DNA of 63,585 nt, counting the filler, from Folioceros fuciformis (Eukaryota), in NCBI GenBank assembly GCA_049999805.1. It is 6 parts of 6 records of this genome, joined end to end, with 100 filler letters (N's around TTAATTAATTAA, not from the genome) between each part and the next. Parts side by side here need not be neighbours in the genome. Positions count along the whole stretch, not along the records: positions 1 to 15,487 come from JBNGIO010004551.1; positions 15,588 to 21,195 come from JBNGIO010004553.1; positions 21,296 to 31,454 come from JBNGIO010004554.1; 3 more parts are not named here. One strand, given 5' to 3'. Below are positions 11,836 through 24,660 of this stretch, piece by piece (the stretch's first letter is position 1; every line of letters starts with the position of its first letter). The notes below the pieces were generated by a model. It was given only the letters and a program-made list of their open reading frames with translations, did not search any database and was not told the DNA's origin. The position numbers were made by a program, and so were the translations under genes.

Positions 11836-14800
11836 ATGTTCAGGCCTAAGCGGCAGACGGATTACAGCAGTATCCCTCCGGAGAAAGGCCTGGTTGTGGA
11901 CAACGGAGCCTTTGCGTGTCGCGTCGGGTATAATTTTTTTTATTTTTTTTCAATAAAAATCTCCTGACCTTGCAACCTTCTCTTCTCTGAATTGTAGGAT
12001 GATTGCCTTGTGCTTGATTGCAGGTGGGGAGGCGAGCTCAGCCCCAGATTCTCGTTTCGAAATGTGTTGAACAAGCCTCGGCATAGGGCAACTGGTACTG
12101 TTTGAGCTACCAAGCATCTTGCTGTCCACTGATGTTTTCCCAGCCTCATTACTCGTGTTGGTGGTGCTCTGCAGGAGAGATTGTGACTATTGTGGGCAAC
12201 TATAGTCCAGAGCTGGTTAAGTTATTCGACTTCACAAGGGCGTCGTTGCGTACCCCTTTCGATGCTAATGTTGTGTACCAATTTGACATGATGGAGACTG
12301 TAGGTTTTTCTTCCTGGAAGCTCTTGTTTCTCATGCCATGCAGTTCTGAAGCCATGCCTGAGGGAAGGTAGGGTTTTTAAAATGGGTTTTGTGCTGTGCA
12401 GATTATGGACTATTGTTTTGAGAGAATGGGAGTGAATGAATCCAAGGTCATTATCTAGCATCCCGCTTGTGTAAGGCCATTCTATGTCTCTCATTTGCCG
12501 TTTGCCAGCTTTTGTTCATGAAGGTGGTCTGTATTGTGTGCACAACAGGTTGACCATCCTGTCCTGATGACAGAGTGTCCTTGTAATCCAGCATACTCCC
12601 GGAACAAAGTTGCCGAGCTGATGTTTGAGGGATATGGAGTCCCCTCTGTTGGTAAGTTAGTTGTCTGAATGAAGGCTTAAGTCCCTATGAGCTGCCTGAT
12701 TTTTCGTGACCACTGATAGATAGTTGGTGATGGCCCATATCTCAGCTTTTGGCATCGGAGGAGTCTTCAGCTACCAGCACAATCAGAAACTAGGAAATTG
12801 TGGACCTAATGGAATGCTTGTTTGTTCCGCTCACATGGCGACACATTGTATTCCGGTTAGAGGGCTTCCCATGACTTTTTGATCTCTTCTGTTTGCTAGA
12901 GCATCATATTCTCATCTTTGTATGTTCTTACTTCAATACTTGTTTTTCCTTACAGATGTATAATGGTGAACCCATCATTGAGTCCTGTTGTAGGACTGGG
13001 GTGGGTGGATATCATGTTACGGACTACCTGAAGCAGATTTTCTGTCTTCAACACCCTTTTCATGCGTAAGTGCGGCTTCCACAAATTTTCCTGCTGTTTT
13101 GGGGTTGGGGTTCGAGTATTGTACGAGGGGATTGGAGTTACAACAACGCTTTAACTTTCAGGTTGTCCAGCAGTGCCAGTGTTATGTGGGAGAACATAGA
13201 AGCCCTGAAACAAGAGTGTTGCTATGTTGCTGAAGACTACAATGATGAACTTGAGTGCTTCCAGGTATCATTCCTTTTCCTCGTATATCTGAACGCGGTT
13301 GAATTATTGTCAGGTTCTTGGTGGCGATGTACGTGCTACTGCCCGGTTAACATGGATTGTGAATGCAGAGAGGTGGCGAACGAGCTTCTCAAAGGACCAA
13401 GTTGTGGGAAGTTCCCTGGGCTCCCGCTCCACAGAACAAGGAGAAGGAGCAAGTGGATGAGGAAGAACTAGCGCGAAAGGCTGCTATCAAAGAGAAGCAG
13501 GGCCAGCGGCTGCGAGACATGGCTGCCTCCAAACGTTCAGCTAAGATAACTAACCTAGAAGCTGAATTGGAGGAACTGGGAAGGCTTTTGGAGGAGATTG
13601 ATGGCGCTGAGGTAGAAGAAGTGGAGGCTATCCTCGAACAGACAGACTACAGTTCCAAACAGGAAGTCCTAGGCAGGCTTACAAAGGTGTCTGCCTCGTT
13701 GAAGAAGATGAAGGGCGAGCAGGTCGACCCTCCAAAAGATCAGGCAGAGGTGCCCATCTCTGAAAAATATCCACTGCTGGTTGTTCCTGATAGGGAACTT
13801 ACGGAAGACCAGGTATGGATGCGGTTGTGACCAGTACTTGTGAGTGCTTTGTGCAAGGAAGTGATGTAAGGGAGACAGCCCTTTCTCACGTACTGGTATT
13901 GTTGCAGTTAAGGCAGAAAAAGAGACAAAAGTTTCTGAAACTAACGTCTGAGGGGCGGGCCAAGGCAAAGCAGAAGCGAGAGGAGGAAGGGTTGCAAAAG
14001 GAGTTAGAACAACAAGTAGAAGAAGAGCGCCGCCGGTAAGTACATTTGTTTGCTCAGGTGTAGCTTGAGACTACCTGCCTCCAGTGCTTTGGCGTTACCA
14101 GCGGGGGACCTAACACTGATGCTGCTGGTCTTATGAACAGAGCAAATCCAGAAGAATATCTGGAGAAGCTGCGAACAAAGGTTGCAGAATTGGCAACACG
14201 GGTTCACCAGCGTAAGCGGCAGAAGACAGGATCTTCATCTAATTCAACTGCCTTGACAACTGGAGCCGGTGGCCGTGGGGAACGGTTGACAGTGGCTCAA
14301 AGGGAAAGGATGAAGATGCTTGCCAGTGCAGCATTTGACCGAGGTAAAGAGGAAGATACATTTGGGATGAACGACGAGGACTGGCAGCTCTACAAAAAGA
14401 TTGGGAAGGACGACAACGAGCCCGAAGAAGATGAGATAGAGTACAACAGACTGACTGCAAGATTGAAGGTGAGAGCCCGCAGGGTAGACATCTCCTCCCG
14501 CATAATGCCACCGTCATGATGTAACTTCTTCTACGCGTAACCACCATGTTCCCACCTAACAGTCATGTGTGAACCCTGGTCGTGTGAGCAGGAACTAGAT
14601 CCCTCGTTTGCGTCGGCCGAAGAGAATGACAATGGCAACCATTCAGCTTCCCAAGACCTCCAACAACGGCAGCTCACTGACGCCGACCACCGAATACATC
14701 TAGGCGTCGAGTTGTTCCGATGCCCTGAGATCCTATTCCAGCCCAGTATGATCGGTTTGGATCAAGCAGGCATTGGAGAGGCCGTGTCCGTTTGTGCCCG

Positions 14801-15092
14801 TAGGTTGCCCGAAGCTTTGCTCCGACCCGTGACTGAAGGCTGTGTCTTCCTCACAGGGGGTAATGCACTCTTCCCTGGTTTTGACGTCCGAATGTTTGCC
14901 GAGGTCCGGAAATGCAGACCTCTGGGAGCCGAGATCAAGGTAGTAAAAGCAGCAGACCCTCTTCTTGACGCCTGGAAAGGTGCAGCCAGCTTTGCTTCCA
15001 CCAACTTGTTCCACGAACAGGCCGTCTCCAAAGCTGAATACGAAGAAACAGGCCATGAGAGGCTCCGCACTTACCATCTCAAGTACTGTTAG
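11836..15092 (+). CDS. ARP5: Actin-related protein 5 (INO80 complex subunit), 12 exons
   Basis: Approximate exons 11836-11927, 12024-12094, 12175-12299, 12402-12446, 12549-12651, 12746-12856, 12957-13066, 13174-13264, 13369-13812, 13908-14036, 14141-14468, 14592-15092, all with GT-AG introns. Motifs: [25 protein letters not shown], charged insertion with [36 protein letters not shown]. Confidence 0.93.
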
Positions 15093-15487
15093 CCTAATAT
15101 TTACTTAGTACTACTCCTGGTCCCTATAGAGTCCAGTAGCCATGACCCGTTCAATGTTACGCGGTGCCCAAATTTTTTGTATCCTGGAAGGCAGGGGAGA
15201 AGTATTTCCCTGCTAACCACCTGACTGAGATAATGTGACGTGGAGTGTGAAGAGGATTCAGGTCATAGAGCGTGTGTGAGGAAGGAGGAAAGGAGACTCT
15301 AGTTATAGAACCAGCAGAGCGTGAAAATGCCTGCCTTATTAGAGCTCAAACCTGGTGGGGACGGGCCTCAAACTTATTATTTGTCAAAGATTAATTTATT
15401 GAATATGGTGGCTTGGGCTTGGGGCCAGTCCCTCTTCGGGCTTTTCGATAACGTCTCGGGTTCTCTTATGCACGCATTAGATACACC

Positions 15488-15587
15488 NNNNNNNNNNNNN
15501 NNNNNNNNNNNNNNNNNNNNNNNNNNNNNNNTTAATTAATTAANNNNNNNNNNNNNNNNNNNNNNNNNNNNNNNNNNNNNNNNNNNN
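15488..15587. other. Artificial scaffold linker
   Basis: 44 N + TTAATTAATTAA (stops in all six frames) + 44 N. Confidence 0.97.
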
Positions 15588-15959
15588 ATCGACAGCCGAT
15601 TGAGGTGCCGAAGGCTTGGGTGAAGTTCCGTCCACGATGGACAGCAGGTCACGAGTATTCAAAGCAGTTTTCATGCGTCGTGACCAAACCTCATACTTTG
15701 TGCCATTAAATCGGTCCTTTTCTTTAAAATCCGTAGAAACATTCATAACATTAATTACAGGGGCCGTAGGTGGAGTGGCAAGTGGTGTACTAGATCCGGA
15801 ACCAGATCCTGTCATCCTTGTGATTTTATCTTCAACAGTGAGTTAGGCAAGCAGAGTGTTATAACACAGGGCTTAGGATAACACCAAAGTAGAAGATGGT
15901 AGCGATGGAAACAGTATTCACAAATGTCGCACTAGCCACCTATGGAACACTGTCAAATC

Positions 15960-15991
15960 AAACCCTAAACCCTAAACTCTAAACCCTAAAC
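15960..15991 (-). repeat. Short interstitial plant telomere-type repeat (TTTAGGG x ~4)
   Basis: AAACCCTAAACCCTAAACTCTAAACCCTAAAC on the plus strand. Confidence 0.75.
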
Positions 15992-16573
15992 TACAGCAAT
16001 TGAGAATTGTCTGGAACTGAGTCACTATTGAAGTTGGACTCAAGTTTGCATACAGTTTCCACGTCATGCACCAAATTGGTTATGGACTTCCAAAGCTTTT
16101 GATAATGTTGTGAGCGCTACTCCACTGTAGAAGTTTGAGAGAGAACCTCGTTGTACTTATACTCGGTATAAGCAGCTTCCAGGGCCTCAAAGTTGTGGAT
16201 TGGTGATTTGGGTTCCTCTTTGACTGCCACCAATGTCGGCGCCAAGTTCGAAGTATCAGGTTGAAAAACGTGCTTCGGTTGCACACATCGCATAGCAAGT
16301 AACCGCCGAGGTTGAGGAGAAAGTGCAGAAGAATCGCCAGGAGATTCTGTGTTTAAATCACCAACAGGAAAATTATTAGCAGTGAAATTCTGAACACAAC
16401 TAAAGGGGGCCGAAATTAGGCCGGGGATAGCACCCGTTCGTTGAACGGGCGCACCGTTCCCGCGAACGGGTGCANNNNNNNNNNNNNNNNNNNNNNNNNN
16501 NNNNNNNNNNNNNNNNNNNNNNNNNNNNNNNNNNNNNNNNNNNNNNNNNNNNNNNNNNNNNNNNNNNNNNNNN

Positions 16574-16680
16574 NCCCCCCGCGCGCGCGGGCGCACCTCC
16601 TTCTCGCGCGGGTGCACCTCCTTCTCGCGCGGGCGCGCCTGCTCCACGCGCGGGCGCGCCTCCACCGCGCTGAGGCGCGT
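16574..16680. repeat. GC-rich 21-bp tandem repeat in copia leader
   Basis: Unit ~GCGCGGG(C/T)GCACCTCCTTCTC, running into an N gap. Confidence 0.8.
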
Positions 16681-17981
16681 CTGCTCCTCCCGACGCCGCG
16701 CCGGTCCAAATCTCAGAGTTTTGAGCACGATTGCCAGCAGTACCTGCATGAGCCTAGGCGCCCTGGAGGGGCGTTCTCACACCTGCAGCATTTGAAGGAA
16801 ATTGTGCAGTATTTGGCTGATTATCCACCAGAAAGCTAGGTTCCAATCCTGCTTGTTTTGTTGCAATTTCTCCAGCAATTTGAGAGGGACAGCCGCAGGG
16901 TGAGGCGCCCGGACATGAGGATGTTGCCTGGCATCTCCGATTTGGCTTGGATTGTCATACAGAAGGAGAAATTATCAGCAAATCTTCATCGCTTTCTCCC
17001 CATGCATCTAAATTCGGTGTTGACAGGGTGTCGCTCTTCCGGTGGTTGCCATCCTTGTTCTAGAAACGTGTGGAAGAGATTGTCCAGCCAGCCGTCGCGG
17101 AGAGAACGTTGTGGTCTGGGTGAGGAAGATCGTGCAATCCTCCTTTCATTGCTGCTGCGATTTGAGCGTCCACGGGCTCGATCTCGATCTTCAACACTTC
17201 GTTTTGCTGAAGATTGAAAGCGGCGATGATTCCTTGCCATTTTGCAATTGAGGATCTAGTGTAGAGGGGAAGACTAGCAAAGGATGACTTGAGTAGAAAG
17301 TGATATAAGGAAAGGAAGCTTTTAGGGGCCCTTGTTCCCAACTTTCCCTTATAAAAGCCATTTGCCTATACCCCTCTAGATCCCATTCAAAAGAGATAGG
17401 AAGGTAGTCATACAAACAAACGAGAACTTGTTTCTAACGTTTGCATATTGATTAAACATTTATTCACACATCTAAATGTATGAACTAATCCATGATCTAA
17501 ACATTATGCCTAGAACCATGGAGATGAATCTANNNNNNNNNNNNNNNNNNNNNNNNNNNNNNNNNNNNNNNNNNNNNNNNNNNNNNNNNNNNNNNNNNNN
17601 NNNNNNNNNNNNNNNNNNNNNNNNNNNNNNNNTATAAACAAACGAGAACTTGTTTCTAGCGTTTGCATATTGACTAAACATTAATTCACACATCTAAATG
17701 TATGAACTAATCCATGATCTAAACATTATGCCTAGAACCATGGAGATGAATCTAGAGCCTAATGCTCTGATACCAAATTGGAAGACTACATGCGGAAGCG
17801 TGTCTTCATAACAAAAGATAAATTCAGAATAATCAAAAATTACAAATAGTTGTCCTTTTATAGGTTTCACCCCAAAGGGTGTGACCTTTCACTAGCCTAG
17901 CCAACTAACCTAGCACTTAGGTAGATAAGCTAACATAACCTATGGTTACATAACTCTAGTGGACTGCTACCCCTTCTAACT

Positions 17982-18215
17982 AAGTTGTCCTTGGATCATG
18001 GTAGTCAAGCAGGATGGATTACTTGCTTGTGTAAAAGGTAGCAAAGTTGTCCTTGGAGCATGCATGTTGCAGGACAATATATATCTTGTGTAGAAAAGTA
18101 ACTTGTTGTCCTTAGAGCATGGGCAATGACTCTGAAGAGGGGATTGTATAAATAGTCGAATTTTAAGATAGATTTTACTTGTGTCCAAAATGATAAATAT
18201 GCGGGAGTCAAAGCA
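17982..18215. repeat. Dispersed ~235-bp AT-rich repeat, second copy at ~19866-20100
   Basis: Both copies give near-identical junk translations (CFDSRIFIILDTSK...) and contain the internal sub-repeat TTGTCCTTGGAGCAT. Confidence 0.85.
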
Positions 18216-18289
18216 ATAAATCAAGTTGCTTCCATGAATTGTCACAAATTTCTTCTTCATATTTACTTGTTTTATTCTTTATATAAATA

Positions 18290-18495
18290 GCAAACAAACC
18301 TTTGTATTAACAAATAGTACCTCTTGATTTGCAAAGCGCAATAAACAAACCATTGTCTTACAAATAATGTCTCTTTTTTGCAATGCATAACGATAAAAAC
18401 TTTATGTTAACAAATAGTGTCTCTAAGTTTGCAAAGCGCAACAAACAAACCTTTGCCTTTACAAATAATGCCTCTCAATTCACAAAGCACAAATA
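18290..18495. repeat. Degenerate ~50-bp tandem repeat (about 4 copies)
   Basis: Recurring AAACAAACC...ACAAATA(G/A)TG.CTCT...TTTGCAAAGCGCAA. Confidence 0.7.
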
Positions 18496-19572
18496 ACATC
18501 TTGCTAACATCTTTTCATTATGTATGGCATAATCCTGTTGATTCCCTTAAATCTTTTGGGAGTCATGCCATGGGCCTTTTTTTGAGAAAAACTCCTAAAG
18601 TATTCTTCAAAAACTATTAATGGGTTAAAGTTTTTTTTTAATTACCATGCTTGATGATGTTCTCTCCCTCTATTCTAGATGCTAGTTCTTTAACGTGAGA
18701 CTATTTTTTTCTATTTATCAACAATCTATCACTTATTTTTAAATTTTATTTTTGAAAGAAATAAAACATTAGCTAAAATGAAGGATCTTATTGAAATGAT
18801 TGTTCATATTAGTTAGTATCATCATGTAGTCACCACACAATCTGCATGACTATCTTGCAAGACTATCTTCTTACTGTTTAAGAAATTAATAATTTATCAT
18901 ACAAAGTTTTTTTTTATAGTAAAAAAGATATAGAATCAAATTATAATCTATTCAAATTATCAAATGATACTATGAATTGTGAGCATGGCTTATTTTATCA
19001 TGACTCAGAATGCCTTGTAGAACAATACGTCCGTGTGAAGTGGTTGTGCAGGACAATATCTAGTTAGTCAATAGACTCAAGAATAGGAGCACGCTGAGAG
19101 GGTGACAGCTAAGTTTTTTACTTGGTAGAATGACTAATACACGAAAAGTTGTCATGATTCGGTAGTAAGCAAACATAGTTATTTTGGTAGTTAACTATGC
19201 ATGCAATTTTGAGCAGTTGAGGATGTTTAGCTAGGCAATTGGCAACGAAATGTGGCTAAGATATAAGGGTCTAAGAAGAATGCATGAACATTCTTTTGAT
19301 AGTTCGTTTATAAACTTGAGATCAGTGAATAGTTAGTGGATCTATGTTGATAACAAGGAACATTAATGTTGTTATGCATAAGAAGTTGCAATGTTGTGAT
19401 GCTCAAAGAATCATCGGATCGACATCAAGAAACTTGTCACTATCAAAAGAATGTTGATGTTTGCTCTAGGGGTGAATTGTAGATTAGAAATGGTTACTGA
19501 GAGGGGACAAGATTCGCTGTGAAGTGGTAGAATTGTCTTTGGAACAAATATGTTGTGACAGTACATATGTTT

Positions 19573-19840
19573 TGATGAGAATCATAGCTGCTCTAGGTAG
19601 CAAAACATAACAAGTAGATTGTAGAAAGCTTTGCACAAAAAGAGTTGTATGCATTGATTATAATAGAAAGTACAAAGCCTTTATGTACGCCATAAGTAGT
19701 TGTAACCATAAGTAGTTCTAACCTCTAAGTGGTTGTAACAACTAACTACTCAATAAACCACCTAAAGCCGTAAGAACTAAATTAATTAATAGTCTTATTT
19801 GCCCTAGTGAAGAGTACCTTAAATAGGTCATATTTCATCA
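19573..19840 (-). mobile_element. Solo LTR with 5-bp TSD
   Basis: TGATGA...TCATCA termini with TGTTT on both sides (19568-19572 and 19841-19845). Similar to the PBS-adjacent LTRs at 25694-25930 and 47501-47776. Confidence 0.9.
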
Positions 19841-21195
19841 TGTTTTTGTTGTGGTTGAAATGGTAAAGTTATCCTTGGATCATCCACCTTGGAGCAGGGT
19901 GGATTACTTGTTTGTGTAAAAGGTAGCAAAGTTGTCCTTGGAGCATACATGTTGCAGGACAATAGATGTTTTGTGTAGAAAAGTAACTTGTTGTCCTTGG
20001 AGCATGGGCAATGACTGTGAAGAAGGGGTTGTATAAGTAGTCGAATTTTAAGATAGGTTTTACTTGTGTCCAAAATAATAAATATGCGTGAGTCGAAGCA
20101 AAGGTATGGATTCGATTCAAACTTGAAGGAAAAGATTGAGTTTGTGGACAAAGGCGGTTCAAGGGATGCACAAGGTGAAGAAGTGAGTACGAAGGAGTTG
20201 AGCAAGAGGAAAAGACTGAAGAAAAGATGTTGAAAGCATGGATTCGATTCAAACTTGAAGAAAAAAATAGATATTTCATAAGCTATTCTAATGAGATCAA
20301 AAGCACAATCTCAACAGCACTTTGTGGACATTCTTTCTTTTTTTCTTCCTAGTAAAGCATTAAATATTTATAGAAAAATATTTTTTTCTTTGTTTTACTA
20401 AGGCATAAAATATTTGCTAGACGTTCCTAAACAACCTCAAAATAGTATAGAGCCATATTTAGAGCCAACATCTACAATCAATCAAGTTGCTTTCATGTAT
20501 CGATATAGGTTCTTTTTCTTTTTACAACAAATATCTAAATATTATAAGATATGTAAAGAACCAATATGTAGAATCAAGTTGCTTCTATGAATTGTCACAC
20601 ACTCTTCCTTAATGTCTACTTGTTTCATTATTTATATGAATTTGTTACTTTCTTGTGATCAATCAAATAGATGTTAAGACAACTTTTCTACACGATAAAT
20701 TAATAAAAGATATCGTTGCGCAATCCCTTGACAGATTTGAGTTATGAGGAAATAAGAATTTGAAACAATTTGTGTTTAGAAGCAAAAGTTAGACTTAGTA
20801 AATTGTGTCAACATAGTTGCTTTCTTCACAAAATCATTGGTGAATGTATAGTAGTCACCTTCTGATCCAATGAATGTACGATCTTGCTTGATAGCACTTT
20901 TTATGTCCATTGTATGCTATAGCACATCGTAAATCGTAATTAGTGTAATGAACGAACAATGGTCATAACAAATAGTTCAACAATGGATCACCAAGAAGAA
21001 TATATATGGAGATTTCAGCTAAGTATAAATAATAGTATTATTTACATTTAGCTATATATTATTATATAGCAAGTAACAAAAATTATATACTTTTCTAAGA
21101 TCTTAAAGGTTCATATTATAAACTATTGTATGTAGGGATCTTAAAGCTTCGTAATATTTATTATTGTATATTGTATATAGTGTATATGTATATAT

Positions 21196-21295
21196 NNNNN
21201 NNNNNNNNNNNNNNNNNNNNNNNNNNNNNNNNNNNNNNNTTAATTAATTAANNNNNNNNNNNNNNNNNNNNNNNNNNNNNNNNNNNNNNNNNNNN
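21196..21295. other. Artificial scaffold linker
   Basis: N44-TTAATTAATTAA-N44. Confidence 0.97.
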
Positions 21296-24200
21296 TGTAG
21301 TTCAGCTACGAGGGTAGACGGCTCGCTCTCCCCGGCGAAGGATAGCTTATAGAGACCAACCTGAGGGTCAGTAGTGAAGAGGCACTATTCAGGGTTGGTG
21401 TCTCGGAAGAAGCGGCATGACCCCCTTTTGACAAGCATCTCAAGATTGCCGTGCTTCAAAAGCTGGGTCATGGAGATGAGATTTTTGCCCATGCGGGGAA
21501 CGAGGAGCACAGGCTCCAGTGTAAGCACCGAATCATCCTTAAGGGAGAATTCGCAAGTGCCTTGTCCCTCAATAGGCAATCTAGATTTACTCTGTTCATC
21601 TCAAAGTAGCACTCTTTCTTTGAGGGGACAAGTGTTCAACTTGGTGAATAGAGTACGGTCATTACAAATGTGGGTGGTGGCTCCGCTGTGTAGATACCAC
21701 CCCAAAGCCTGGTGCGTCTGGATGTTGAGGCAAACCGTAAGTATCTTTACAGTCTTTGTCTCTTGTGCTATGGTCTTCCCTTTTACTGCGACGTTGGCCG
21801 CACGTTTAAGGGCGGTCCTTTGTGGTTCTCCGGCGTTCTTCTTGCGGCACTCTCGTGCCCAATGGCCGGCAGCTTCACACCAGTTGCAGTTTCCAGCCCG
21901 GCGAGGAGGAGTAGAGGTAGATTCACCTCTAGGGGTGAAGTTTGCTATGCCTTGCTGGCTTTTCCCGGGCTTGAAACAGGTGGTCAGCGCCTTATTTGCT
22001 TTGGGTTTGGACCCTCCTGCATAACATAGGTAGCTCTACTCCTGCTGATACAGAGCACCGATGATGTCCTCCACTGTTAGGGTGGGGGCGGTACCCGGCT
22101 TACCCTGAGTTGATACCAACATCAGACTGGTAACAAACTTCTGGTAAGACGGTGGCAAGCTCATCAACAACTGTTCAGAGGCGTTAGTCTCTGACATAGT
22201 TAAGCCGAGTGAGGCGAGCTGTCCTCGTAGCTGTCTGAACTTGGAAGTGTGGGAGGAGGTCGTGTTGGTCTCCTTCATCTTTAGGAGGTTAAATTCTTGC
22301 CTTACACTGTACAGGGTTAGAACGTTGTTAACGTTGTACGTGTTTGATAGTTGGTCCCAGATTGCTGAAGCTTTTTTGTAAGGAACTCCACACTGGGCAC
22401 TAGGCTGGAGTCGAGGCCACTGATGAGGAGAGCGATAGCGATCCCATTCAAGTAGTCCCATGTTTCTATATTGGCAGCGGAAGGGGGTGGTATAGATGAT
22501 GGGTTAGGCTTCAGTAACGTGCTGTCGACGATCTTCCAGACGTCCCGACCTATCAAGATAGATTTCATGCATACAAGCCACACCGGGTAGTGTTGGCCGT
22601 TGAATCAATCTTTCTCCTTCATGTGGTGGGTGTAGATAGGGGTAGAGCCGGGGATGGGGGCAATGCTACTTGTCGCCATAGTTGCTGTAGGGTTTAATGT
22701 GAGTGAGCCCAATTGCTCTATACGAAGGAGTCGTAGGTCGTGGTCATAAAACTTGGCCAGAGGGATCCACGTAGGCTTGGTTTCAGAAGATATAAACGAA
22801 AATTACAGAATAAGTTCGACCGTAAAAGTGAGAACCCTGTGTTGGTGTCCTCCTAGCACAACTACCGCCAACATCTTGCAAATTAAGGAGCCAGTGAGCT
22901 GTCCTGGACTGGCTCTACTAAGCGGCGAAGTCGGTAGGCCAGATCCACAAAGTACTCAGTAGAGGATTAAAGCTGGTCCCAAAGAGTCGAGGCAGAATCA
23001 GTGACTGAGAAGAGTGGGGGTGGTGATGCGGGCTCGATCTTCATGCGAGAGTCCTCTCCAAGGTGTAGCTGGGTGTCAAGGCATTCGTTAGGAGGAAGAG
23101 AATCTGGAAGGAAATTATAGAGGAGAGGGTCTGGGTGTGAACCGGCGCCATGGGAAACCGGTTCCAAATCGGTGCCCGAAAAAACCGGGTTCACACCGGT
23201 TGGGAGGGGGTGGGNNNNNNNNNNNNNNNNNNNNNNNNNNNNNNNNNNNNNNNNNNNNNNNNNNNNNNNNNNNNNNNNNNNNNNNNNNNNNNNNNNNNNN
23301 NNNNNNNNNNNNNNGGCGCCTCTCCTGCAAATCTGGCGCATCGGTTCCCTGAGCGGCGCCTCTCCTGCAAATCTGGCGCATCGGTTCCCTGAGCGGCGCC
23401 TCTCCTGCAAATCTGCTGGGCGTTGCAAAACGGGGGCGCCAGTTAGGCACAGAGATTGGGCTTGGGTGTGACCACAGTGAGGCGCTGGCGAGCCTTATTG
23501 AGAAAAAACTACTTGCGTCTTCGATTCTGGAGTTGTCGATCGCTCCTACATGTGCGCCCCAGGGTGCTTTGTCCTTGCTATCACGAATTCTTGCTCCCCT
23601 AGTGCACTGGGGGAATTGGAGGAGTTGTGTGGAGGCTCCTCTTCATCGAATCGCTATCTAGATGTTGGCCTAGTGAGGATGAGGTCGCCGGTGGCCCAAT
23701 CCTCTGCAATGTGGGTCAAGTGGCCTCCTGGGATTCCTTGGCCATCCTCCGTGAACCCGTGAAGGAGACAATCCACACAAGGGCTGGAGGATGAGGAGCA
23801 GGTGCAGTATCGTCGGCGTCGACGGCGATTCAAGGGGTGCTGCGCCTGCCTGGAAATCCGCACATTGGCTCGTGCCCGTCGGCGCCTAAGCAATCTGAAA
23901 TGCCTGCAAATTTTGGTGTAGGAGTAATGTCGGAGGGTGAGGTCACAGTGCAAGTCCATGGCGATGGCAAGCTGAAAAGCGAAAGCTAGAGAGGGAAGGG
24001 GGAGGGGTGCCCCGCCTATCCCTCGTCTCCCTTTTTAAGTCCATCTATGGGCATGATAATTGATATTTAAGGTCTGAGGGTTGGTAGTTACAAGTCTAAG
24101 AGGTATGGGGGCTGGTGACAAGGCTTGTATTGGAACTTCATGGTTATGTGCTCCCACGCTCGATCAGGGCCCAGATGGGGGACCCTTAACTAGTGTTTTT

Positions 24201-24660
24201 TTCTTTTAGTTTTATTTATGGCCCGGGGGGCCATGCCCATCCTAGCCATTCTATGATGCATCTATCATTTTTGTTTTTTTTTTTACATCTATCAATTTGG
24301 GTTTGCTCTCAACTAATGGATTGGGTCCATGTTGTCTTCTATAGATCTATGAAGGGGGTCGCCGAGAGGTCATACACTGCTCGACAACAAATGCCCAACC
24401 ATTGTGCGGAGATAATTATAAAAGAAGCTCTAATACCATGTTTAGATCCTAATAGTAGGATGGTGTGCCTCTAGTCTGCTAAGTAAGACGCATATTGTAT
24501 CATTAGAAAAGAGAGGTACAAAAGGTTTACGGAGGTTTGTTTATATAGGACGGTTGTTGTGACCCTTCCTGAAGGGTTACACCCTTTCATGGTGTCCTAT
24601 CGCTAAGGGTAGCGAGTAACTATTGGGTAGGGTTACGGTCAGATTAACTGTTCCGTAAAA
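21296..24660 (-). mobile_element. Copia element 5' part: LTR 24439-24660, PBS, ~1.75-kb leader, gag, zinc knuckle, protease
   Basis: PBS TGGTATTAGAGC (24427-24438). Gag ATG 22679 with MKEKD*FNG; LLMSLPPSY; CNWC...HWAREC knuckle; decayed WYLHSGATTHIC protease. Confidence 0.88.
23315..23416. repeat. 40-bp tandem repeat in copia leader (at least 2.5 copies, continues into gap)
   Basis: Unit GGCGCCTCTCCTGCAAATCTGGCGCATCGGTTCCCTGAGC. Confidence 0.9.

Larger units (their letters stand above)
15588..17981 (-). mobile_element. Copia element 5' part: LTR (~17778-17981), PBS, ~1.9-kb leader, gag start
   Basis: PBS TGGTATCAGAGC (plus strand 17764-17775, complementary to initiator tRNA-Met). Gag ATG at 15815 with FKEKDRFNGTKYEVWSRRMK. 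Cut by the linker. Confidence 0.85.

Noticed and set aside
17412-17755. ~120-bp direct repeat flanking an N gap
   Set aside because: Near-identical sequence on each side of a gap is typical of unmerged contig overlaps or haplotypes.
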